DNA of 64,000 nt from the NCBI GenBank assembly GCA_027923505.1, contig BROI01000002.1, positions 1,674,001-1,738,000 of the forward strand, read 5' to 3'. Made by a program: the position numbers and the translations under genes. Position 1 is the stretch's first letter. Every line of letters starts with the position of its first letter. This DNA comes from Mayamaea pseudoterrestris (taxonomy: Eukaryota). Positions 34,105 through 43,915 of the stretch are shown here, piece by piece. The notes below the pieces were generated by a model. It had not been told where the DNA came from, searched no databases, and worked only from the letters and a program-made list of their open reading frames with translations.

Positions 34105-37100
34105 TTATAAGATATGCACTTGCTTCCTCTTTTGCTTAGAAGCCGCAACTCGTTCCTCGGAGTTTACCCACCGGCCAATGGCTTTCAGAACCTCATCCAC
34201 AATCAGAATTGGTGCAGCCCATGCCATGACGGTGACCCAGTCATCAATTGTTAAAGGCACCATGCCGAAGCTAGCACCAAGACCTGGCAAGCCAAATCTA
34301 GAGCTGTACATGACAAACAAATGCAAAAGCACCGGCCCTGTCACTCCCGCTAGCAACCATTTGTTTTCAAGTGGCCCGACACGAAACAGGGAGTTGTCAA
34401 CTGATACTGCAGACAATGCCTTGAGCATTTCCATAGCCACCAGCGCAGAAAGTGACAAGGTTTGTGGCAACAAGCGACCCGCACCTTGAAACAGCTCGGT
34501 ACACGATGCGACGCCTTCGCCTGGCGTCCAAAACTCACCGCACTGGCTCCACGACGCCAGTTGACTTATGGAGATGCCTTGTGAAAGGTAGTGCTGCGCA
34601 AATATACCAATTGTAGCGAGACCAACGTATAACCCAGTGATGCAATACCGCGTCAACAGCCATTTCGTCATTATGGGTTCGTCGCTTGGCCGAGGAGGCT
34701 GCTCCATCAAGTCCGGTGCTGCTGGATTGAACCCAAGTGCTGTCGCGGGTGGTCCATCCGTCACAAGATTGACCCACAGCAAGTGCATTGCAGTGAGAGG
34801 CTCCGGGAAACCAGCGAGGGTCGCAAAGAAAATGGCGCAAATCTCCCCAATGTTACAGCTAATGAGGAAGCAGATAAATGCCTGCATGTTGGCGTAAATG
34901 CGCCTTCCTTCCTCAACAGCATTAACAATGGTAGAGAAATTATCGTCTGCAAGAACCATGTCTGCGGCTTCCTTGGCAACTTCGGTACCTGTAATTCCCA
35001 TGGCAATGCCCAGGTTGGCCTGCGAGAGTGCGGGCGCGTCATTCACGCCATCGCCTGTCATGGCAGTTATCTCGCCAAGCTTTTGAAGCATTTTCACTAG
35101 CTTTTGCTTGTCGGCAGGCTCAGCCCGACAAAAGACAATGTTGTCTTCCCGCAACAATGACAGCTGCTCATGCTGCGGCAAATTGAAGAATTCTCGGCCT
35201 TCGAATGCCTTGATTGGCTTGTCAGAATCTGCCGGCGGAAGGATATTCACATCGCGAGCAATGGCAACCGCTGTTGCCTTGGCGTCGCCAGTGATCATCA
35301 TGACGCGAATGCCTGCCTTGCTGCACAGATTTATGCTGGCTGCCACTTCCGGTCGGGCAGGGTCCTTTATTCCAACGACTCCTACAAGCGTCAGACCACT
35401 TTCGACGTCTCGATATGCCGATGACTTGGACAGTAAAGGATGTTTAGCAATCGCATTTTCGTCGTCACTAGGTTTCAATTTGCGCAGAGATTCCTCTAGC
35501 GTCCCAGTGTTCTTAATTGCCAGCGCGAGGCATCGCAAAGGACGCGCCGCCATGTCGGCCACCATGGCCTCAATAGATCGACGCAGTGACGGCGACATCT
35601 TGGTCACTGTTCCGTCGCGAAACTTAACATGCGTACATCGCTCTAGCAGCAGGTTTGGCGCTCCTTTCACCAGCAACTTGTTCTCAAACTTGCGCGGCTT
35701 GACACCGTCACGCATTCCAACAGGTGCATTGCCCTGCGGAAAGGCGCAAAGAACCGACATGCTCTTGCGATCACGGTTAAATTCTAGCGTAGCTATACGC
35801 GGATGCAAGTCTCTCCAAGAATTGACGTTCGCCGAAGCCAGTACACTCCGGGGAATATCGATATGCAGGCCTGTTTCATCGACTCGTCCGCTGTCGATAA
35901 ATCGTGACATGCCGCCGAGCTTCTCAACTAACACGCACAAGGCTGCCTCGGTTGGCTCGCCGACACGTTCAAACGACTTGCTGTGCTCTTCTTTCTTCTT
36001 GTTTCGATATTCCTTTTCGTGTTCATCGCTAGCAATATCCTTACCAATAATTTTGGCGTCATTGCACAAGGCGCAAACAGCCGCAATATCTGCAACCGAC
36101 CCGAGTGGGTGCTGCTCCAACTCTTTGTTGCGCGCAACACCATCAATCGTTCCCATTGGAGAATACGAAAAGCCCTCAACGAAGTGCTCTCGCACCGATT
36201 CGCGTCCTCCAGCCTTGTTTTCCCGTTCTAACAAGCCCAAACTTACAACTGTCATTTCATTGGTTGTCAAAGTCCCCGTCTTGTCCGTGCAAATGACACT
36301 TGTGCATCCAAGAGTTTCAACACTTTGCAGCTTGCGAACAATGACGTTTCGCTCGGCCATGCGTCGCGTGCCAAGGCTCAAGCAAAGCGTAATCACAGCG
36401 GGCAAGCCTTCGGGAATGGCTGCCACACCCAGCGCGACGGCAACCTTTGCGTAATAAATTCCACCCTCCCAAACGGATCGAAACGATGGATCATTCATCT
36501 TTGGAATACTTGCAATCCATACCGATAGGCAAATGACGCCAATAATTATTGTCAGTGTTTCTCCAAATTCATCAAGCTTGATTGCTAATGGCGTCTTGAC
36601 TTGCTCGGCCTGCGCCATTGTGACTCCCTTTTGAATGCGACCCATTTGTGTTTCCATGCCGGTTTGTACGACCAGCGCAACTGCCGTACCGCTCGTCACC
36701 ATTGTTCCGCTGTAACAAAAGAACACAAAACAAAAAGTGAGTCAAAGCATTACGATGCTGCTCGTCCCCTAGCTGCAAGGACGTTCCTATTCCTCCAGCA
36801 ACCTGCTCGTCTACTTACCTATACAACATGCCAGTTTGATCCTGAATGGGAGCGTCCAGCTGCTGGAGCGTTCCAGAGTCGCCCGCCAGTTTACCAACCG
36901 TCACGGACTCACCCGTCAAACTGCCCTGGTCCACCTGCAGGTTGCTACCTTGGAGTGAAACGATGCGAGCATCGGCTGGAACGCGCTGGCCGACGCGAAC
37001 GCGAATCACATCGCCTGGCACCAAGCAAGCAGCAGTGACGGATGGAGCCCCGTCTGCATTGTCATTGCCGCCATCCAATGATGTTGCCGTCCGACTCTGC

Positions 37101-37840
37101 ATCCATATTCCATCTCGCAACACTTCCACGACGGATCCACTCGCCTGCAAGTCTTGCAGCGCCTCGAGTGAATCGTTCGCCGACCGCGTCTGCCACACGC
37201 CAACGCTAGCGTTCAGTACTAAAATGGCTAGTATGACAATGGGCTCGACAAAGGCGGATAGTAGCGAGGTTGCTTCGTCGTGCGACTGCTGCATGAGCTC
37301 CACGTAGGAAAAGATTCCCGACAAGGCGGCGACTAATAACAAGATTTGAACGAGGCGGTCGTCAAACTGCCGCGCAATCAGCTTCCATATGGATGTTTTG
37401 GGTGGCTTGGACAGCGAGTTTGATCCAAAGACTGATAGTCGAGCTTGAGCTTGCTCTGTTGACAATCCAGTAGTTGGAGATGACTTGAGCAATTCCCATA
37501 GTGAATCCATGGAGATTGATCCTGCCGAAATGGACGACGAATTGTAATCGGATCGAGGGAGTAGCAAGTGTTCAGGCAACGACGAATCTAGGGAAACTTC
37601 TTCTTCTCCTGCTGCTGCTGCTGCTGCTGCTACTGAATTAGTTACTTGATTTTCTGCTGTCTTCATTCCAAGATTGCTGCCGCTGCTCCTCGCCATATCA
37701 TTCCTCTCGTGCAGGACCGTCTTGGAGACTCTCCAGGTGCGTCGGTCAAACGCCAGTCGGCGAGGAAGCGCCAAGGCTGCTGCGGGAATGAATGCCATGT
37801 AGAAACATAGTAGCAATGGAACGTAGCGTGGTTTCTGCAT
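34105..37840 (-). CDS. P2A (SERCA-type) Ca2+-transporting P-type ATPase; intron 36710-36818
   Basis: LTGES, AAIPEGLP, DKTGTLT, KGAP, MITGD, TGDGVNDAPAL, LWVNLVTDG; splice restores MLYSGTMV. Confidence 0.95.
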
Positions 37841-39097
37841 GGCTATCTTTTGTTTAGCTTGTTTGATCTGGCCTAAGACCTTTGACGAGGATATCCATGG
37901 TCGAAAAAGTGGAAAGCAACACTTGTCACGCGTTTTCGCGGTGATGGCAGGGTTGTCGTAGCGGTTATGTGTCCAACCGGTGCGACGTAAGATTTCGATT
38001 ATTTGCGGCGCGGGGTTGCACCGTAGGATTTAGGATTCATTCCAAGTCAACTTTCACCATGCAGCTAGCGTCAAAGCAGGATGAGAGAGGCGTCGCTGTT
38101 GACGGACGCGACTTCAGTCTCTAGTCTCGCAATGACGACGCTAGTCGAGAGACTGATAGCAAGCTCTCCGCATCATTCTCACCAGATGCACGAGTGCCCT
38201 TCGTCTAGTTCCGCAGCTCGTCAACCACGCATGAAAGGACGACTGCTTCAGCAAGGATGACGACAAGCAGCGAGACATGACTGCCGTCTTTGACCAAAGC
38301 ATTGGAGTTTTGACTCTGTGTCGTTTGGCTGGGACTAATGCCAGCCGGCACAGGGCACAGGACACAGGAGTAGTTGATTGTTGTAGCTTCGTTGCGAGTT
38401 GGAAGCACTGCCAATTGGACTCTGATTCCCGTTTCTGTTTCTATTGCAAGCTTTCCCCGCATTTTTATGTTACCATGAAATGTGGAAACGTCGTGTTCGT
38501 CCCCACACCACACAGCGGTTACTATGGAAGGGGTTGTCTATGTCGATTGTGTTGATGGATCTTGGAATAGTAAGTTAGAGTTTGGTCGGAACGACTCGTT
38601 ACAGAGGTGCAACCCTCACCTAAACGTCATGTTAAATGAGTGCAGGAATTACGAATTTGTATACATGGGACGACACTGTCAGCACTCAATCCTCGCCCAA
38701 ACCTGCTGTTGGCCGCAGTTATGGCAGCCTTTTGGTGCTTCACAAGGATGAAAACAAAGATGTTTACGTGTGCATCTAATGTCAAAAAGAGGCCTTTCTT
38801 TTTCGACTGGTTGTTGAGCGCCTCAGGTAGTTACTTAAAAGGAGAAGAATGATGCTACTGAGCCTTAACCTTTCCTTTTGGCAGACATTGTACAAGGCAA
38901 CACCTAATCACCATACATAATACCTTCTACTTACCTTGCTGACAGAGAAATACCACAGGTATAGAAAGTATCTTATTCCTTACTCAACGATACCGCATCT
39001 TATGTACATAAGTGCATCATGCTAATGGTTGTGCACATCAGCGTAGCTGCGCACGCAAATGTCACGCTTTATATAGAGCAGCTACTCTCATTGTGCC

Positions 39098-39216
39098 AGC
39101 AAGGACCATACAGCGCTGACAGCACCGCATCCCGTCTGCTCTGCGAAGTTAAGCAGCGCCTGGCCTGGTTAGTACTACGGTGGGGGACCACGTTGGAATC
39201 CCAGGTGTTCTTGTTT
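39098..39216 (+). rRNA. 5S rRNA gene (single copy in window)
   Basis: ~119 nt; terminal helix agcaaggac/gttcttgtt; ccatac, gcaccgcatcccgtctgctctgcgaagttaagc, ttagtact..tggg..gacc..gaa; T-run terminator downstream; TATA-like tttatata ~25-30 nt upstream. Confidence 0.9.
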
Positions 39217-39244
39217 TATTTTTATAGTAGTAAATAAATACAAT

Positions 39245-39303
39245 ACCACAATGGAATCCCAGGTGTTCCTGTTTTGTTTTTAATAGTAGTAAATAAATAC
39301 AAT
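39245..39303 (+). repeat. tandem duplicate of the 5S 3' end and terminator
   Basis: copy of 39187-39244 (accac..tggaatcccaggtgttc..tagtagtaaataaatacaat). Confidence 0.9.
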
Positions 39304-39330
39304 AGGTAGACATAATATTATATGAATATT

Positions 39331-39376
39331 ATGACATCTGCTGGGCTGGTGACAAGTTATCACCTGTCACATTGCA
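39331..39376 (-). repeat. inverted fragment of the 169-bp satellite monomer
   Basis: reverse complement tgcaatgtgacaggtgataacttgtcaccagcccagcagatg matches the dyad region of the diverged monomers (40667-40711). Confidence 0.75.
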
Positions 39377-39395
39377 AGTGATGAGGTTAAATTAC

Positions 39396-39523
39396 TGTAG
39401 TGGCAAGCACAAGAGTATTGTGCAAAGCATGTTCATCAAGAGCTGTACAGATTGTGGCCAAGGACCCTGTATCGGAGGTTTTTTGAGGTAAGACGTTGAC
39501 TGTGCAAGCATCAATGGAGTTTA
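39396..39523 (+). mobile_element. decayed LTR fragment of the same Copia family, inverted relative to the intact element
   Basis: catcaagagctgtacagattgtggccaaggaccctgtatcggaggttttttgaggtaagacgttgactg is the near-exact reverse complement of about 43541-43608; similarity extends to the LTR terminus. Confidence 0.9.
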
Positions 39524-39845
39524 AGGCCATACCACTTTTGTAGGATTCCAAGGAGTCCTTTCTGCACCATTTAAGACTTTGCACTTGTCTGTAGCACACC
39601 CTGGATTGGTTTTGCCTGACTCATTGGGTTGTTGAGTGGCCAGGGTCTGGGGTGTTTAACTGGTATGACTCCAAAACTTGCTTTGGTGGCCAATTCCACA
39701 GTGTAGGCCACACATATGGTGTAGGGCTTTACGGAAGTCCTTTTTGCACCATTTGAGACTTGGCACATGTCCATGGCAAACCCTGGATAGGTTTTGCCTG
39801 AGTCATTGGGTGGTTGTGTGACCAGGGCATGGGGTGTTTGACTGG
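39524..39845. repeat. ~182-bp satellite, about 1.8 copies (left block)
   Basis: ccctgga at 39599 and 39781; same family and strand as 53257-53586. Confidence 0.9.
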
Positions 39846-40568
39846 ACCAACCAGCTTAAATGGTGTCTCTGCGGTTGCTAGGCATGACTAAAAGATGTAA
39901 TGTGCAATCCATACAATCATATACATTTAAACCCTCCAGGAAAAATGATGGGGGTTGGGCTTAATTTGATGGTGGCTGGCAGGCAGCATGGTAATTGTCA
40001 TTGCCATCTTGATAGTAATGCTTTTGCCAGTATACAACCATGGTCCAAACAAAGACTGCGGCATAGAGACTAAAGGCCAAAACGTTCAACTAATTCAAGC
40101 GATTCAGCGTTGGCCTTTGATTGCTTTGTTGACTCCACAAGCTATGGTGGTGATGCAAACTAGTAGGAGGCGGAGCAAGCAATTGACTCCATCTGCATCA
40201 TTATCAAGTTGAATACTGTTATGGCTGTTGTCTGCATTGTCATCTAGAGCATTGCTATGCATCACAGCTGCTGGCGTCAAAAAAGGAAAGAGCAGGCATA
40301 TCCATGAAGATAAATCTGATGGAAGTGATTGCTGCTCATCCTCTTACGCATTTTCAATTTCTTGCATGGTTTCTTGAGCGTCTAGAAACTCTCATTCTTC
40401 GTGTCCTTCAGCATGAGTACTACTCATCAAGTATTTGTACCAAAATAACTCGGATCCTTCCAGATAGGAGTGCAAAAGCCATAGCCAAATCACGTCAAGC
40501 AAAATTAAACATCACCGCAACAACATATTAAAAAGTACTGCTGAGCCATGGCAGCATATTCGTGAGTT

Positions 40569-43520
40569 CATACTTGAGCCATGCGTATGCCTAAATCAAG
40601 CCAGAATGGTGCTAACATCCATATTTCAGGCGCACTACAAGATGACAAGCTAGTGTCTCCATAGACTGCAATGTGACTGGTGACAACTTGTAACCAGTCT
40701 CAGCCAGCAGATAAAGTGATTTTCAAATGCCCATACCTTGAGCCATGTGTATGCCCAAATTAAGCCAGAATGGTGCTAACATCCTTATTTCAGGTGCGCT
40801 ACAAGATGGATTGCCTGGCTGGCCCCTCAGTTTACTGCAAAGTGACTGGTGATAACTTGTCACCAGTCTCAGTCAGCAGCTGCTATGCCTTTCAATGAGC
40901 CATGTGTATGACCAATACAAGCCAGAATGATGCTTACATTTTAGTTTAAGGTGTGATACAAGATGCATTGCCTGGCTGGTGCCTCCAGGGACTACAATGT
41001 GATTGGTGACAATTTGTCACCAGACTCAGTCAGCTGATGCCTTAACATTCAAACCAGAAAGGTGCCAACATCTTTTTTTGGCTTCGCTACATGATGGTAT
41101 GCCTGGATGGTGTTTCAGGGGACTGTGATGTAATTGGTGACAACTTGTCACCAGTCTCAGCCAGCTGATGCCTTGACATTTAAACCTCCCTACACCAAGC
41201 CCTGTAGGTGACCAAATTACACCAAAATGGTGCCACCATCATTATTCAGGCTGCGCTACAAGATGGTTTGCCTGGCTGGTGTCTCAGGGGATGGCAATGT
41301 ATTTGGTGACAACTTGTCACCAGTCTCATCGCGCAATGCTGTGACATTCAAACACCCCTACAGCAGACCTTGTAGGTGCCCAAATTACACCAGAGTGGTG
41401 CCAACATCATTATTCAAGGCTGCGCTACAAAATGTTATGCCTGGCTGGTGTCTCAGGGGATGGCAATGTATTTGGTGACAACTTGTCACCAGTCTCATCC
41501 CGCACGTGCCGTGACATTCAAACGCCCCTACAGCAAGCCCTGTAGGTGCCCGAATTACACCAGAATGGTGCCAACATCATTATTCAGGCTGCGCTACAAG
41601 ATGGTATGCCTGGCTGGTGTCTCAGGGGATGGCAATGTATTTGGTGACATTTTGTCACCAGTCTCATCCCGCAATGCCGTGACATTCAAACGCCCCTACA
41701 GCAAGCCCTGTAGGTGCCCAAATTACACCAGAATGGTGCCACCATCATTATTCAGGTTGCGCTACAAGATGGTATGCCTGGCTGGTGTCTCAGGGGATGG
41801 CAATGTATTTGGTGACAACTTGTCACCAGTCTCAGCCGCACATGCCATGACATTCAAATGCCCCTACAGCAAGCCCTGTAGGTGCCCAAATTACACCAGA
41901 ATGGTGCCACCATCATTATTCAGGTTGCGCTACAAGATGGTATGCCTGGCTGGTGTCTCAGGGGATGGCAATGTATTTGGTGACAACTTGTCACCAGTCT
42001 CGTCCCGCAATGCCGTGACATTCAAACGCCTCTACAGCAAGCCCTGTAGGTGCCCGAATTACACCAGAATGGTGCCAACATCATTATTCAGGCTGCGCTA
42101 CAAGATGGTAGGCTTGGCTGGTGTCTCAGGGGATGGCAATGTATTTGGTGACAACTTGTCACCAGTCTCAGCCCACAGGTGCCGTGACATTCAAACGCCC
42201 CTACAGCAGACCTTGTAGGTGCCCAAATTACACCAGAATGGTGCCAACATTATTATTCAGGCTGCGCTACAAGATGGTATGCCTGGCTGGTGTCTCAGGG
42301 GATGGCAATGCATTTGGTGACAACTTGTCACCAGTCTCAGCCTGCACATGCCATGGCATTCAAACGCCCCTACAGCAAGCCCTGTAGGTGCCCAAATTAC
42401 ACCAGAATGGTGCCAACGTCATTATTCAGGCTGCGCTACAAGATGGTATGACAGGCTGGTGTCTCAGGGGATGGCAATGTATTTGGTGACAACTTGTCAC
42501 CAGTCGCAGCCGCACATGCCATGACATTCAAATGCTCCTACAGCAAGCCCTGTAGGTGCCCAAATTACACCAGAATGGTGCCAGCATCATTATTCAGGCT
42601 GCGCTACAAGATGGTAGGCTTGGCTGGTGTCTCAGGGGATGGCAATGTATTTGGTGACAACTTGTCACCAGTCTCAGCCCACAGGTGCCGTGACATTCAA
42701 ACGCCCCTACAGCTGACCTTGTAGGTGCCCAAATTACACCAGAATGGTGCCACCATCATTTTTCAGGCTGCGCTACAAGATGGTATACCTGGCTGGTGTC
42801 TCAGGGGATTGCAATGTATTTGGTGACAACTTGTCACCAGTCTCAGCCCGCAATGCCGTGACATTCAAACGCCTCTACAGCAGACCTTGTAGGTGCCCAA
42901 ATTACACCAGAATGGTGACAACATTATTGTTCAGGCTGCGCTACAAGGTGGTAGGCTTGGCTGGTGTCTCAGGGGATGGCAATGTATTTGGTGACAACTT
43001 GTCACTAGTCTCATCTCGCAATGCCATGACTTTCAAACGCCTCTACAGCAAGCCCTGTAGGAGCCCAAATTACACTAGAATGGTGACAACATCATTTTTC
43101 AGGCTGTACTACAAGATGGTAGGCTTGGCTGGTGTCTCAGGGGATGGTAATGCATTTGGTGACAACTTGTCACCAGTCTCAGCCCACAGGTGCCATGACA
43201 TTCAAACGCCCCTACAGCAAGCCTTGTAGGTGCCCAATTACAACAGAATGGTGCCAACATCATTATGCAGGCTGGGCTACAAGATGGTATGCCTGGCTGG
43301 TGTCTCAGGGGATGGCAATGTATTTGGTGACAACTTGTCACCAGTCTCAGCCCGCACGTGCCATGACATTCAAACGCCCCTACAGCAAGCCCTGTAGGTG
43401 CCCCAGTTACACCAGAATGGTGCCAACATCATTATTCAGGCTGCGCTACAAGATGGTAGGCTTGGCTGGTGTCTCAGGGGATGGCAATGTATTTGGTGAC
43501 AACTTGTCACCAGTCTCAGC
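40569..43520 (+). repeat. 168/169-bp tandem satellite, left arm (~18 monomers, first ~4 diverged)
   Basis: gtctcagggg at 41281, 41450, 41619, 41787, 41955, 42123, 42292, 42461, 42629, 42798, 42966, 43134, 43302, 43471. Confidence 0.98.
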
Positions 43521-43915
43521 TAACACCGTTGACGATTTCGCAGTCAACGTCTTACCTCCAAAAAGCTCCGATACAGGGTCCTTGGCCACGGTCTGTACAG
43601 CTCTTGATGGAGATGGCTCGTGGAATAGTCTTGCGCTCGCCACTACACGAATACGACTGCACTCTCGTCGCAAACTAGTAGTTCTATATTGTGAGCTTAT
43701 CGCTACATCGCTACATCGACCACTCGGAAGATCATCCGATCAATCCGTTTCTTTCAATCACATTACATCAGTCGTAACTGGTCGTTCCATTCATACAACG
43801 CATCCACACGACGGTTGCGCACTTTCTTCATTCACATGTCACATACGACAGCTGCGGACTCGACACAAGCTAATTAGGGTTCGGGCTCTTGACTTCGCCG
43901 CTCTGCGACTTGTCA
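43521..43915 (-). repeat. 3' LTR (395 bp)
   Basis: identical to 49841-50235 except 3 substitutions by my comparison. Confidence 0.97.

Noticed and set aside
35108..36454. 448-aa plus-strand ORF
   Set aside because: Antisense shadow of the P-type ATPase; the same applies to the many short ORFs overlapping real genes
37841..39050. short ORFs upstream of the ATPase
   Set aside because: All are 102 aa or shorter, with no motifs or consistent splice structure
39850..40560. possible decayed transposon between satellite blocks
   Set aside because: CpG-poor, but I could not recognise a coding remnant or termini
43870..43885. TTAGGG telomere-like motif in the LTR
   Set aside because: A single hexamer plus one degenerate copy; expected by chance
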